The notes: generated by a model not told the origin, from the letters alone. A DNA stretch of 64,000 nucleotides from the human T2T-CHM13v2.0 reference genome, Homo sapiens (GCA_009914755.4 CP068257.2:10336001-10400000), one strand, 5' to 3'; numbered from the stretch's first letter, positions 1 through 15,655 are shown. Made by a program: numbers and translations.

Positions 1-3000
1 CACTGTTTCCAAACTGCTCAATCAAAAGAAAGGTTCAAACATGTGAGATGAGAGCACACATCACTAAGAAGTTTCTCAGAATGCTTCTGTCTAGTTTTTA
101 AGTGAAGATATTTCTTCTTTCACCATAGGTCTCAATGGGCTCAGAAATATCCCTTTGCAGATCCTACAAAAGGACTGTTTCCAAACTGCTCAATCAAAAT
201 AAAGTTTCAACTCTGTCAGTTGAATGCACACATCACAAAGCAGTTTCTCAGAATCTTCTGACTAGGTTTTATATGAAGATATTTCCTTTCTCACCAAAGT
301 CCTCAAAATGCTCACAAATATCTCTCTGCAGATACTATAAAAGACTGTTTCCAAACTGCTCAATCAAAAGAAAGGTTCAACTCTGTGAGATGAATGCACA
401 CATCACAAAGATGTTTCCAGAATGCTTCTGTCTGGTTGTTATGTGAAGATATTTCCTTTTTCACCACAGGCCTCAAAGCACTCCAAATATCCATTTGCAG
501 ATCCTACAAAAAGAGAGTTTCCAAATTGCTCAATCAAAAGGTAGTTTCATCTCTGTGAGATGAAAACACACATCCCAAAGAAGTTTCTCAGAAAGCTTCT
601 GTTTATTTTTTATGTGAAGATATTTCCTAATTCACCATAGGCCTAAATCGGCTAAGAAGTATCCCTTTGCAGATTGTAGAAAAATACTGTTTCCAAACTG
701 CTGAATCAAAAGAAAAGTTGAACAGTGTGAGATGAATGCACACATCACAAAGAAGATTCTCAGAATGCTTCTGTCTAGTTTTTATGTGAAGATATTTGCT
801 TTTCCATCATAGGCCACAATGGTCACCAAATATCCACTTGCAGATTTTACAAAAATAGTGTTTCAAAACTGCCCAATCTAAAGAAAGGTTCAACTCTGTA
901 CGTTGAATGCACACATCACAAAGAAGTTTCTCAGAATGCTTCTGTCTACCTTTTATCCAAAGTTATTTCCTTTTCCACTATACTCGGCAAAGCCCTCCGA
1001 ATATCCACTTGCAGATTCTACAAAAGAAGTGTTTCAAAATTGCACAATCAAAAGAAAGGTTCAACTCTGGGAGTTGTATGCGCACATCAGAAAGTAGTTT
1101 CTCAGAATGCTTTTATGTAGTTTTTATGTGAAGATATTTTCTTTTCCACCATAGGCCCTAAAGCTCTCCAAATATCCACTTTCAGATTATACAAAAAGAG
1201 GGATTCAAAACTGCTCAATCAAAAGAAAGGTTCAACTCTGTGAGCTGAAGGCACACATAACAAAGCCGTTTCTCAGAATGCTTCTCCGTAGTTTTTATAT
1301 GAAGATATTTCCATTTCCACCATTCTCTCCAAAACGCTCCAAATATCCACTTGCATATTCTATAAAAAGAGTGTTTCAAAACTGCTCAATGAAAAGAAAG
1401 TTTCAACTCTGTGAAGTGAATGGACACATCACAAAGACATTTCTCAGAATGCTTCTGTCTAGTGTTTATGTGAAGATATTTCCTTTTCCACCACACGTCT
1501 CAAAGCGATCTAAATATGCACTTGCAGATTCTAGGAAGAGTGCTTCAAAACTGCTGAATCAAAAGAATGGTTCAAATCTGTGAGATGAACGAACACATCA
1601 CAAAGAATTTGCTCAAAATGCTTCTATCTAGTTTTTATGAGAAGATAATCCTTTTCCACCATTGGCCCCAATGGGCTCCAAATATCAACTGCAGATACTA
1701 CAAAAAGTGTTTAAAAAATGCTGAATCAATAGAAAGTTTCAACTCCATGAGATGTATGCACACATAAAAAAGAAGTTTCTCAGAATGCTTCTCTCTAGTT
1801 TTTATGTGAGGATATTTCCTTCTCCACCATAGGACTCAATGCACTCCAAATATCCACTGGCAGATTCTAGAAAAAGAGCGTTTCAAAACTGCTCAATCAA
1901 AAGAAATTTTCAAATTTGTGAGATGAATGCGCACATCACAAAGAAGTTTCTCAGAGTAATTCTGTCTAGTTTTTATGTGAAGATTTTTCATTTTCCACCA
2001 TACTCATCAAAGCGGTCCAAATATCCACTTGCACATTCTACAAAGAGAGTGTTTCAAAACTGCTCATTCAAAAGAATGGTTCAACTATGTGAGATGAATG
2101 CATACATCACAAAGAGGTATTTCAGAATGCTTCTGTGTCGTTTTTATGTGAAGATGTTTCCCCTTACCACCATAGGACGCAAAGCTCTCCAAATATCCAC
2201 TTACAGATACTCCAAAAAGAGTATTTCAAAAGTGCTCAATCAAAAGAAAGGTTGAACTCTTTCAAATGAAGGCACACATCACAAAGAAGTTTTTCAGAAT
2301 GCTTCTGTCTAGTTTTTATGTGAATATACATCGTTTTCCACTATAGGCCACAAAGTGCTCCAAACACCCACTTGAAGATTCTACAAAAAGAGTGTTTCAA
2401 ACGTCCTCAATAAAAAAAGTTACAACTCTGTGAGGTGAATGCACACATCACAAAGAAGATTCTCAGAATGCTTCTGTCTACTTTTTATGTGAAGGTATTT
2501 AATTTTCCACCATTGGACGCAAATCACACCAAATATACACTTGCAGATTTTACAAAAATAGAGTTTCAAAACTGCTCAATCAAAAGAAAGGTTCAACTCT
2601 GTGAGTTGAATGCACACATCACAAAGAAGTATCTCAGAATGCTTCTGTTTAGCTTTATGCAAAGTTATTTCCTTTGCCACTATAGTCTGCGAAGCCCTCC
2701 GAGTATCTACTTGCAGTTTCTACAAAAAGAGTGTTTCAAAATTGCACAATCAAAAGAAATGTTCAACTCTGTGAGTTGTATGCACACATCACATAGAAGT
2801 TTTTCAGAGTGCTTTTTTATAGTTTTTATGTGAAGAAATTTCCTTTTCACCATAGGCCCCAAAGTGCTCCAAATATACACTAGCAGATTCTACAAAAAGA
2901 GGGATTCAAAACTGCTCAATCAAAAGAAAGGTTGAACTCTGTGAGTTGAATGCACACATCACAAAGACGTTTCTCAGAAAGCTTCTGTGTAGTTTTTATG

Positions 3001-6000
3001 TGAAGGTATTTCCTTTTACACCATTGACCACAAAGGGCTCCAAATATTCACTTGCAGATTCTACATAAAGAGAGTTTCAAAACTCGTCTATCAAAAGATA
3101 GGTACAACTCTGAGTTCAATACACACATCTCAAAGAAGTTTCTCAGAATGCTTCTGTTTAGTTTTTATGTGAAGATATTTCCATTTCTACAATAGGCCTC
3201 AAAGCGCTCCAAGTATCCGCTTGTAGATTTTACTAAAAGAGTGTTTCCAAACTGCTCAATCAAAAGAAAGTTACAAATCTGTGAGGTGAATGAACAAATC
3301 ACACAGATGTTTCTCAGAATGCTTCTGTGTAGTTTTTAAGTGAAGACATTTCCTTTTCCAGAATAGGTCCTAAGCACTAAAAATATCCACTTGCAGATTC
3401 TACAAATAGTGGGTTTCAAAACTTCTCAATCAAAAGAAATGTTCACCACAGTGTGTTGAACGAACATGTCGAAAGAAGTTTCTCAAAATGCTTCTGTGTA
3501 GCTTTATGTGAAGATATTTCCTTTTTCACCATAAGCCTCAACGTACTCCAAATATCTACTTGCAGATTCTACAAAAAGTGTGTTTCAAAATTCCTCAATC
3601 AAAAGAAAGTTGATCTCTGTGAGATGCATGCACACATTGCAAAGAAGTTTCTCAGAATGCATCTGTGTTGTTTTTATGTGAAGATATTTTCTTTTCCACA
3701 GTAGGCCTCAAGGGGCTCCAAATATCCACTTGCAGATTCTACAAAAAGACTGTTTCAAAAATGCTTGGTGAAAAGAAAAGTTCAACTCTCTCAGATGAAT
3801 GCATACATGAAAATGAAGTTTCTCAGAATGCTTCTGTGTAGTTTTTATGTGAAGATATTTTCTTTTCCACCAGAGGACACCAAGGGCTCCAAATATCCAC
3901 TTGCAGATTCTACAAAAAGAGAGATTGGAAACTGTGCAATCAAAAGACAGATTCAAATCTGTGATTTGAATGCACACATCAGAAAGAAGTTTCTCAGAAT
4001 GCTTCTGTGTAGATTTTGTGTGAAGATATAGCCTTTTCCACCATAGGCCTCAATGCGCTCCAAATGTCCAGTTAGAGATACTACAAAAACAGTTTTTGAA
4101 AACTGCTCAATAAAAAGAAAAGTTCAACTCTGTGAGATGAACGCACACATTGCAAAGAAGTTTGTCAGAATGACTCTGTGTTGTTTTCATGTGAATATAT
4201 TTCCTTTTCCATGATAGGCTTCAAAGCACTCCAAATATCCACTTGCAGATCCTTTAAAAAAGAGTGTTTCAAAACTGCTCAAACAAAAGAAAGGTTCAAC
4301 TCTGTGAGATGAATGCACACATCACAATATAGTTTCTCAGAATGCTTCTGTGTAGTTTTTATGTGAAGATATTTCCTTTGCCACAATAGGCCTCAAAGTG
4401 CTCCAAATATCCAACTGCAGATTCTACAGAAAGAGTGTTTCAAAACTGCTGAATCAACAGAAAGGTTCAAATCTGTGAGATGAATGCACACATCACAAAC
4501 CAGTTTCACAGAACGCTTCTCTGTAGATTTTATGTGAAGATATTTCCTTTCTCCACCACAGGCTGCAAAGGGCTCCAAATATACACTTGCTGATTCTACA
4601 AAAAGAGTGCTTCAAAAGTGCTCAATAAAAAGAAATGTTCAACTCTGTGAGATGAATGCACACTTTGCAAAGAAGTTTCTCAGAAGGCTTCTGTGTAGTT
4701 TTTTTGTGAAGATATTTCCTTTTCCAAAATAGGACTCAAAGCCCTCGAAATATCCACTTGCAGAATCTACAAAAAGACTCTTTCAACACTGCTCAATCAA
4801 AAGAAAGCTTCAACTCTGTGAGATGAAGGCACACATCACAAAGGAGTTTCTCAGAATGCTTCCGTGTAGGTTTTATGTGAAGATATTTCCTTTTCCAACA
4901 AAGGACTCAAAAGGCTCCAAATATCCACTTGCAGGTTCTACAAAAATAGTGTTTCTAAACAGGTCAATCAAAAGAAAGGTTCAACACTGTGAGATTAATG
5001 CACGCATCACCAATAAGTTTTTTCAGAATGATTCTGTATAGTTTTTATGTGAAGATATTTCTTTTTCCACCACAGGCAGCAAGGGGCTCTAAATATCCAC
5101 TTGCAGATTCTACAAAAAGAGATTTTCAAAGCTCCTCAATAAAAAGATAAGTTCAACTCTGTGAGCTGAATGCACACATCAAAAAGAAGTTTCTTTGAAT
5201 GCTTCTGTGTAGTTTTTATGTGAAGATATTTCCTTTTCCACCTTAGGCCGCAAAAGGCTCCACATATCCACTTGCAGTTTCTAGAAAGAGAATGTTTCCA
5301 AACTGGTTAATCAAAACAAAGTTTCAACTGTGTGACTTGAAGGCACACATCACAAAGAAGTTCGACAGAATTCTACTGTGTAGTTTCTATGTGAAGGTAT
5401 TTCCTTTGCCACAATAGGCCTCAAAGCACTCCAAATATCCACTTGCAGATTCTACAAAAAGAGTTTTTCAAAAATGCTCTATCAAAGCAAAGGTTCAACT
5501 CTGTTAGATGAATGCACACATCACAAAGAAGTTTCTCAGAATGCTTCTGTATAGTTTTTGTGTGAAGATGTTTCCTTTTCCACCGTAGGCTGCAAAGGGC
5601 TCCAAATATCCACTTGCAGATTCTATGAAAATAGTGCTTCAAAACTGCTCAATCAAAAGACGGGGTCAACACTGTGAGATGAATGCACACGTCACAAAGA
5701 AGTTTTTTCAGAATGCTTCTGTGTAGTTTTTATGTGAAGATATTTCCTTTTACACCACAAGGCAAAACGGGCTCCAAATATCCACTTGCAGATTCTACAA
5801 AGGAAAGATTCAAAACTGCTCAATCCAAAGATAAGTTCAACTCTGTGAGTTGAAGGCACACATCACAAAGAAGTTTCTCAGAATTCTTCTATCTTGTTTT
5901 CATGTAAAGGTATTTCTTTTCAGACCATAGGCCTCAAAGTGCTCCAAATGTCCACTTGCAGATTCTGCAAAAAGAGATTTTCAAAACTGCTCAATCAAAA

Positions 6001-8250
6001 GAAAGGATCAACTCTGTGAGATGAGTGCACAGATCACAAAGAAGTTTCTCAGAATGCTTCTCTGTAGTTTTTATGTGAAGATATTTCCTTTTCCACTATA
6101 GGCCTCAAAACGCTCCAAATAACCACTTAGAAATTCTACAAAAAGAGTGTTTTAAAACTGTTCAATCATAAGATTGGTTCAACCAAGTGAGATGAATGCA
6201 CACATCGCAAATAAGTTTCTCAGAATGCTTTTGTGTAGTTTTTATTTGAAGGTATTTCCTTTTCCACCATAGACATCAAAGGGCTCCAAATATCGACTTG
6301 CAGATTCTACCAAAACAGAGATTCAAAACTGCTCAATCAAAAGATAGGTTCAACTCTGTGAGTTGAATGCACACATCACAAATATGTTTCTCAGAATGCT
6401 TCTGTATAGTTTTAATTTGATGATATTTCCTTTTCCACATTAGGACTCAAAGCTCTCCAAATATCCACTTGCAGATTCTGCTAAAAGAGAGATTCAAAAC
6501 TGCTCAATCAAAATACAGGATTAACTCCATGAGTTGAATGCACACATCACAAAGAAGTTTCTCAGAATACTTCTGTGTAGTTTTTATGTGAAGATATTTC
6601 CTTCACCACAGTAGACCCCAAACCACTCCAAGTATCCACTTGCAGATTCTACGAAAAGAGTGTTTTAAAACTGCTCAATCAAAAGATAGGTTCAACTCTG
6701 TGAGTTGAATGCACACATCACAAAGAAGTTTCTCCGAATGATTCTGCATAGTTTTTATGCGAAGATATTACCTTTTCAACAATAGGCTTCAAATCCCTCC
6801 AAATACCCACTTGCAGATTCTAAAAAAAGAGTGTTTCAAAACTACACAATCAAAAGAAAGTTTCAACTCTGGAAGATGTATGCACACATCACAAAGAAGT
6901 TTCTCAGAATGCTTCTATGTAGTTTTTATGTGAAGATATTTGGTTTTCCACATTAGGCCTCAAGGCGCTCCAAATATCCACTTGCATTAGCTGAAAAAAC
7001 GTGTATCAAAACTGCTCAATCAAAAGAAAAGATCAACAAAGTGAGATGAATGCATACATAACAAAGAAGTTTCTCAGAATGCTTCTGTGTAGTTTTTGTG
7101 TGAAGATATTTCCTTTTCTACCATAGGCCTCAAAGTGGCCCAAGTATCCACCTTCAGATTCTACAATAAGAGTGTTTCAAAACCGCTCAATCATAACATA
7201 GTTTCAACACTGTGAGATGAATGCACACATCACAAATGTTTCTCAGAATGCTTCTGTGTAATTTTTATTTGAAGATATTTCCTTTTCCAGCATCGGCCTC
7301 CAAGGTCTCCAAATATCCACTTTCAGATTCTTCAAACAGAGAGATTCAAAACTGCTTAATCAAAAGATAAGTTCCACTCTGTGAGGTGAATGCACACATC
7401 ACAAAGAAGTTTCTCAGAATGTTTCTGTGTAGTTTTTATAGGAAGATATTTGGTTTTCCACAATAGGCCTCAAATCGCTCCAAATATCCACTTGCAGATA
7501 CTACAAAAAGCATGTTTCAAAAACTCTCAATCAAAAGAAAGGTTCAACTCTGTGAGATGAATGCACACATCACCAAGAAGTTTCTCAGAATGCTTCTGTG
7601 TAGTTTTTATGTGAAGATATTTGCTTTTCCACAGTAGGCCTGAAAGTGCTCCCAGTATCCCACTTGCAGACACCTCAAAAACAGTGTTTCAAGAGTACTC
7701 AATCAAAACAAAGGATAAACCCTGTCAGATGAAGGCACTCATCACAAAGAAGGCTCTCAGAATGCTTCTATGTAGTTTTTATGTGAAAATATTTCCTTTT
7801 CCACAATAGGTCCCAAAGAGCTCCAAATGTCCACTTGCAGATTCTACAAAAAGAGTGTTTCAAAACTGCCCAATCAAAAGAAAGTTTCAATTCTGTGAGA
7901 TGAATGCACACATCACAAAGAAGTTTCTCAGAATGCTTCTGTCTAGTTATTATATGAAGATAGTTCGTTATCCACCAAAGGCCTCAAAGCGCTTCAAAGG
8001 TAAACTTGCAGATTCCACAAAAACAGTGTTCCAAAACTGCTCAAAGCAAAGTAAGTTTCAACTCAGTGGGATGAATGCACACATCAAAAAGCCATTTGTC
8101 AGAATTTTTCCGTCTGGTTTTTATGTGATGATATTTTTTTTTTCCACCATAAGCCTCAAAGCGCTTCAAATGTCCACTTGCAGATTCTATAAAAAGAGAG
8201 TTTCAAAACTCCTCAATCAAAACAAAGTTTTAACTCTGTGAGGTGAATGC
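1..8250 (-). repeat. Alpha satellite, divergent ('monomeric') 171-bp monomers in reverse-complement orientation to the standard consensus
   Basis: The 171-bp period is visible by eye. Each monomer carries ...ctgtgagatgaatgcacacatcacaaagaagtttctcagaatgcttctgt[c/g]tagtttttatgtgaagatatttccttttccaccataggcc..., which is the reverse complement of the canonical alpha-satellite consensus (AGAAACTTCTTTGTGATGTGTGCATTCA...). Neighbouring monomers differ by roughly 15-25% and show no obvious multi-monomer period. The boundary with the dimeric domain near 8250 is approximate (about +/-200 bp). Confidence 0.93.
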
Positions 8251-11200
8251 ACACATCACAAAGAAGTTTCTCAGATTGCTTCTGTCTAGATTTCATATGA
8301 AGATATTTCCTTTTCCACCATAGGCCTCAAAGTGCTCCAAAAGTCCACTTCCAGATTCTGCAAAAGGAGTGTTTCCAAACAGCTCAATCAAAAGGAATGT
8401 TCAACTCTGTGAGATGAATTGACACATCACAAAGAAGTTTCTCAGAATTCTTCTGTCTATTTTTTATGTGAAGGTATTTCCTTTTCTACCAGAGGCCACA
8501 AAGCGCTCCAAATGTCCACTTGCAATTTCTACAAAAAGAGTATTACCAAACTACTTAATCAAAAAAAAAGGCTCAACTGTGTGAGATGAACACACATATC
8601 ACGAAGAAGTTTCTCAGAATTCTTCTGTCTAGTTTTTATGTGAAGATATTTACTTTTCCACCATAGGCCTCAAAGCGCTCCAAATGTCCACTTGCAGATC
8701 CTACAAAAAGAGAGTTTCAATACTGCTCAATCAAAAGAAAAGTTTAACTCTGTGAGATGAATGCACAGATCACAAAGAATTTTCTCAGATTGCTTATGTC
8801 TAGATTTTATGTGAAGATATTTCCTTTTCTAAAATAGGCCACAAACCGCTCAAAATGTCCACTTGCAGATTCTACAAAAAGTGTTTCCAAACTGCTCAAT
8901 CAAAAGAAATGTTCAACTCTGTGAGATGAACGCACACATCACAAAGAAGTTTCTCAGAATTCTTCTGTCTTGTTTTTATGTGAAGATATTTACTTTTCCA
9001 CCATAGGCCTCAAAGCGCTCCAAATGTCCACTTGCAGATCCTACAAAAAGAGAGTTTACGTACTGCTCAATCAAAAGAAATGTTTAACTCTCTGAGATGA
9101 ATGCACACATCACAAAGAAGTTTCTCAGATTGATTCTGTCTAGATTTTATGTGAAGTTATTTCCTTTTCTACCATAGGCCGCAAGTGCTCCAAATGTCCG
9201 CTTGCAGATTCTACAAAAAGTGTGTTTCCAAGCTGCTCAATGAAAGGAAAGCTTCAACTCGATGAAGGCACAAATCACAAAGAAGTTTCCCAGAATGCTT
9301 TTGTCTAGTTTTTATGTGAAGATATTTCCTTTTCCACCATAGGCTTCAAAGCCTTCCAAATGACCACTTTCAGATTCCACAAAAAGAGAGTTTCAAAACT
9401 GCTCTATCAAAAGAAAGGAATAACTCTGTGAGATGAATGCACACATCAGAAGGAAGTTTTTCAGATTGCTTCTGCTTTGATTTTATGTGAAGATATTTCC
9501 TTTTCTAAAATAAGCCACAATGTGCTCCAAACATCCACATGCAGATTCTACAAAAAGATTGTTTCCAAACTGCTCAATGAAAAGAAAGGTTAAACTCTGT
9601 GAGATGAACGAACACATCACAAAGAAGTTTTTCAGAATTCTTCTGTCTAGTTTTTGTGAAGATATTTCCTTTTCCACCATAGGCCTCAAAGCTCTCCAAA
9701 TGTCCACTTCCAGATTCTACAAAAGGAGTGTTTCCAAACTGCTCAATCAAAAGAACGGTTCAACTCTGTGAGATGAAGACACACATCATGAAGAAGTTTC
9801 TCAGAATTCTTCTGTCTAGATTTTATGTGAAAATATTTCCTTTTCCAACATAGGCCTCAAAGTGTTCCAAATAACCACTTGCAGATTCTACAAAAAGAGA
9901 ATTTCAAAACTGCCTAATCAAAAGAAAGGTTTAACTCTGTGAGATGAATGCACACATCATAAAAAGTTGCTCAGATTGCTTCTGTCTAGATTTTATATGA
10001 AGATATTTCCTTTTCTTCCATAGGCCACAAAGCATTCCAAATGTCCACTTCCAGATTCTACAAAAACAGTCTTTCCAAACTGCTGAATTAAAAGAATTGT
10101 TCTACTCTTTGAGATGAACACACACATCACAAAAATGTTTGTCAGAATTCTTCTGTCTAGTTTTTATGTGAAGATATTGCCTTTTCCACCATGGGCCTCA
10201 AAGCACTCCAAATGTCCACTTGCAGATTCTACAAAAAAAGAGAGTTTCAAAACTGCTCTATCAAAAGAAAGGTTTAACTCAGTGACATGAATGCACACAT
10301 CACAAAGAAATTTCACAGATTACTTCTGCCTAGATTTTATTGGAAGATATTTCCTTTTTTATAATAGGCCGCAAAGCACACCAAATGTCCACTTGCAGAT
10401 TCTGCGCAAAGAGTATTTCCAAACTGCTCAATCAAAAGAAAAGTTCAACTCTGTGAGATGAATGAACACATCATAAAGATGTTTCTCAGAATTCTTCTGT
10501 CTAGTTTTTATGTGAAGATATTTCCTTTTCCACTGTAGGCCTCAAAGAGCTCCAAATATCCACTTGCAGATTCTACAAAAAGACAGTTTCAAAACTGCTC
10601 AATCAAAAGAAAGTTTCGACTCTGTGAAATGAATGAACAGATCACAAAGAAGTTTCTCAGATTGCTTCTGTCTAGATTTTATGTGAAGATATTTCCTTTT
10701 CTAACATAGGACACAAAGCGCTCCAAGTGTCAACTTGCAGACTCTACAAAAAGAGTGTTTCCAACCTGCTCAATCAAAAATAGTTCATCTCTGTGAGATG
10801 AATTGACGCATCACAAAGAAGTTTCTCAGAATTCTTCTTTCCAGTTTTAATGTGAAGATATTTCATTTTCCACCATAGGCCTCATAGCACTCCAAATGTA
10901 CAATTGCAGATTCTACAAAATGAGTGTTTCCAAACTGCTCCATCAAAAGAAAGTTTTAAAACTGTGAGATGAATGCACATATCACAAATAAGTTTATCAG
11001 ACTGCTTTTGTCTACATTTTATGTGAAGATATTCCCTTTTCTATAATAGGCCCCAAACAATTCAAGTGTCCACTTGCAGATTCCACAAAAAGAGTGTTTC
11101 CAAACTGCTCAATTAAATGTAAGATTCAACTCTGTGAGATGAATGAACACATCACAAAGAAGTTTCTCAGAAATCTTCTGTCTCGTTTTTTATGTGAATA

Positions 11201-14200
11201 TACTTCCTTTTCCACCATAAGCCTCAAGGCGCTACAAATGTCCACTTGCAGATTCTATAAAAAGAACTTTTCAAAACTTCTCAATCATAAGAATGGTTCA
11301 ACTCCGTGAGATGAATGCACACATCAGTAAGTAGTTTCTCAGATTCCTTCTGTCTAGATTTCATGGGAAGATGTTTTCTTTTCTAGCATGGGCCACAAAG
11401 CGATCCAAATATCCACTTGCAGATTCTACTAAAAGAGTGTTTCCCAACTGCTCAATCAAAAAAAAGGTTCAACTCTGTGGAATTAAATCACACATCACAA
11501 AGAAGTTTCTCAGAATTCTTCTGTCTAGTTTTTATGTGAAGATATTTCATTTTCGACCATTGGCCTCAAGGCGCTCGAAATGCCCACTTGCAGATACTAC
11601 AAAAAGAATATTTCAAAACTTGTCCATGAAAAGTAAGGTTCAACTCTGTGAGATGCATGCACACATCACAAAGAAGTTTGTCAGAATTCTTCTATCTAGT
11701 TTTGATTTGAAGATATTACCTTTTCCACCATAGGCCTCAAAGTGCTCCACTTCCAGATTCTACAAGAAGAGACTGAAGAGAGTTTCAAAACTGCTCTATC
11801 AAAAGAAAGTTTTATCTCTGTGAGATGAATGCATACATCACAACGAAGTTTTTTCAGATTTCTTTTGTCTAGATTTTATGTGAAGATATTTCCTTTTCTA
11901 CCATAGGCCACAAAGCGGTCCAAATTCCCACTTGCACATTGTACAAAAAGAGTGTTTCCCAACTGCTCAATCAAAATAGAGGTTCAACTCTGTGAGATGA
12001 CTGCACGCATCACAAAGCAGTTTCTCAGAATTATTCCATATAGTTTTTATGTGAATATATTTCATTTTCGACCATAGGCCTCAAGGCGCTCGAAATGCCC
12101 ACTTGCAGATTCTACAAAAAGAATATTTCAAAACTGGTCCATCAAAAGTAAGGTCCTACTCTGTGAGATGTAAGCACCCATCACAAAGAGGTTTTTCTGA
12201 ATTTTTCTGTCCAGTTTTTATGTGAAGATATTAACCTTTTCTACCATAGGACTCAAGGCGCTCCACTTGTAGATTCTACAAAAAGAGAGTTTCAAAACAA
12301 CTCTATCAAAAGAAAGGTTTAACACTGTGAGATGAATGCATACATCACAGAGAAGTTTCTCAGATTCCTTCTGTCTAGATTTTGTGTGAAGATATTTCCT
12401 TTTTTACCAGAGGTCTCAATGTGCTCCAAATATCCACTTGCAGATTCTACAAAAAGAATGTTTCCAAACAGCTCTATCAAAAGAAAAGTTCAACTCTGTG
12501 AGATGAATGCACACATCACAAAGAAGCTTCTCAGAATTCCCTGTCTAGTTTTTATGTTCCTTTTCCACCTTAGCTCTCAAAGCACTACAAATGTGCACTT
12601 GCAGATTCTACAAAAAGGAGTTTGAAAACTGCTCAATCAAAACCAAGTTTTAAATCTGTGAGATGAATGCACACATCACAAAGAAGTTTCTCTGATTGCT
12701 TCTGTCTAGATGTTATGTGAAGATATTTCCTTTCCTACCATAGGCCACAAAGCACTCCCAATGTCCAATTGCAGGTTCTACAAAAAGAATATTTCCAAAC
12801 TGCTTCATCAAATGAAAGTTTCAACTCTGTTAGATGAATGCACACATCACAGAGAACTTTCTCAGAATTCTTCTGTCTACTTTTTATGTGAAGATATTTC
12901 CTTTTCTACCATAGGCCGCAAAACGCTCCAAATGTCCACTTGCAGATTCTACAAGAAGTGTTTTCAAACTGCTCAATCAAAAGAAAGTTTCAACTCTGTG
13001 AGATGAACGCACACATCACAAAGAAGTTTCCCAGGTTGCTTCTGTCTAGATTTTATGTGAAGATATTTCCTTTTCTTACATAGGCCAAAAAGCACTCCAA
13101 ATGTCCACTTGCAGATTCTACAAAAGGAGAGTTTCAAAACTGCTCTATCAAAAGAAAGGTTTAAGTCTGTGAGATGAATTCACACATCACAAAGAAGTTT
13201 CTCAGGTTGCTTCTGTCTAGTATTTATGTGATATTTCCTTTTCTACCATGGGCCACAAAGAAATCGAAATGTCTACTTGCACATTCTACAAAAAGTGAGA
13301 TTCAAATCTGCACTATCAAAAGAAAGGTTTAACTCTGTGAGATGAATGCCCACAACACAAGGAAGTTTCTCAGATTTCTTCTGTCTAGATTTTATGTGAA
13401 GATATTTACTTTTTTACAATAGGCCGCAAAGCGCTCCAAATGTCCACTTGCAGATTCTACAAAAAGAGTGTTTCCCTACTGCTCTATCAAAGAAAGTTTC
13501 AACTCTGTAAGATGAAGGCACACATTATGAAGTAGTTTCTGAAATTTCTTCTGTATAGTTTTTATGTGAAGATATTTCCTGTTCCACCATAGGCCCCAAA
13601 GCATTCCAAATATACAGTTGCAGATTCTACAAAAAGGGAGTTTCAAAACTGCTCAATCAAAAGTAAGATTTAACTCTGTGAGATGAACACACACATTACA
13701 AAGAAGTTTCTAAGATTGCTTCTGTCTATATTTTATGTGAAGATATTTCCTTTTCTACCATAGGCCACAAAGTGCTCCAAATGTCCACTAGCAGATTCTA
13801 CAAAAAGAGTGTTTCCAAACTGCTCAATCAAAAGAAAGGTTCAACTCTGTGACATGAACCCTCACATTGCAAAGACATTTCTCAGAATTTTTCTGCCTGG
13901 TTTTTATGTGAAGATATTTCCTTTTCCATGATAGGCTTCAAAGCGCTCCAAATGTCCACTTGCAGATTCTACAAAAAGAGAGTTTCAAAACTCCTCAATC
14001 AAAAGAAAGCTTTACCTCTTTGAGATGAATGCTCACATCACAAAGAAGTTTCTCAGATTGCTTCTGTCTAGATTTTATTTGAAGATATTTCCTTTTCTGC
14101 CATAGGACACAAAGTTCTCCAAATGTCCACTTGCAGATTCTACAAAAAGAGTGTTTCCATACTGCTCAATCTAAAGAAAGGTTCAACATTGTGAAATGAA

Positions 14201-15655
14201 TGCACACTTCACAAAGAAGTTTCTCAGAATTCTACTGTCTAGTTTTTATGTGAAGATATTTCCTTTTCCACCATTGGCCACAAAGCACTCCTAATGTCCA
14301 TTTGCAGATTCAAATAAAAGAGATTTTCAAAACTGCTCAATCAAAAGAAATTTTTATCTCTGTGAGATGAATGCACCCATCACAAAGAAGTTTCTCAGAT
14401 TGCTTCTGTCTAGATTTTATGTGAAGATATTTCCTTTTCAACCATAGGCCACATAGCGCTCCATATATCTACTTGCAGATTATACAAAAAGAGGGTTTCT
14501 GAACTGCTCAATCAAAAGTAAGATTCAACTCCATGAGATGAACGCACACATCACAAAGATGTTTCTCAGAATTCTTCTATCTAGTTTTTATGCGCAGATA
14601 TTTCCTTTTCTACCATAGGCCACAAAGTTCTCCAAATGTCTACTTGTAGATTCTATCTGCAAGTTTTATCTCTGTGAGATGAATGCATACATCTCATTTT
14701 AGAAAAAGAGAGTTTCTAAACTGCTCAATCAAAAGAAAGGTTTAACTCTGTGACATGAATGCACACATCACAAAGTAGTTTCTCAGTTTGCTTCTGTCTG
14801 GAATTTATGTGAAGATATTACGTTTTCTACCATAGGCCACAAAGCGCTCCAAATGTCCACTTGCAGTTTCTACAAAAAGAGTGATTCCAAACTGCGCAAT
14901 CAAAAGAAAGGTTCAAATCTGTGAGATGAACGCAGATATCACAAAGAAGTTTCTCAGAATTCTTCTGTCTGGTTTTTATGTGAAGATATTACCTTTTCCA
15001 CCATAGGCCTCAAAGCGCTTCAAATGTACACTTGCAGATTCTACAAAAGGGAGTTTCTAAACTGCTCAATCAAAAGGAAGTTTTAGCTGTGTGAGTTGAA
15101 TGCACACATCACAAAGAAGTTTCTGAGACTGCTTCTGTCTAGGTTTCATATGAAAAAACTTCCTTTTGTACCATAGGCCACTGAGCGCTGCAAATGTACA
15201 CTTGAAGATTCTACACTAAGAGTGTTTCCAAACTGCTCCATCAAAAGAGAGGTTCAACTCTGTGAAATGAACGCACACATCACAAAGAAGTTTATCGAAA
15301 TTCTTCGGTCTAGTTTTTATGTTGAAGATATTACCTTTTCCACCATAGGCCTCAAAGTGCTCCAATGTACACTTGCAGATTCTACAAAAAGAGAGTTTCA
15401 AAATTGCTCTATCAAAAGAAAGGTTTAAGTCTGTGATACCAATGCACATATTACAAAGAAGTTTCTCAGATTGCTTCTGTCTAAATTTTATGTGAAGATA
15501 TTTCCTTTTCTACCATAGGCCGCAAAGCACTCTAAATGTGCACCTGCAGATTCTACAAAAAGAGTATTTCCAAACTGCTCAATCAAAAGAAAGGTTGAAC
15601 TCTGTGAGGTGAACGCACACATCACAAAGAAGTTTCTCAGAATTTTTCTGTCAAG
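8251..15655 (-). repeat. Alpha satellite, dimeric higher-order repeat (~340 bp, two alternating monomer types), minus orientation
   Basis: Two monomer types alternate strictly. One has ...ctcagaattcttctgtctagtttttatgtgaag...; the other has ...ctcagattgcttctgtctagattttatgtgaag.... Adjacent dimers are highly similar: 8600-8940 and 8940-9280 share long identical stretches. The array ends at a poly-T run, the poly-A tail of the minus-strand L1, at 15656. Confidence 0.9.

Noticed and set aside
14640-14720. An irregular monomer (…tctacttgtagattctatctgcaagttttatctctgtgagatgaatgcatacatctcattttagaaaaagagagtttc…) as a possible insertion of foreign sequence
   Set aside because: Every sub-segment is alpha-satellite-derived, so it looks like a small internal deletion or rearrangement within one monomer. 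It is not a distinct element.
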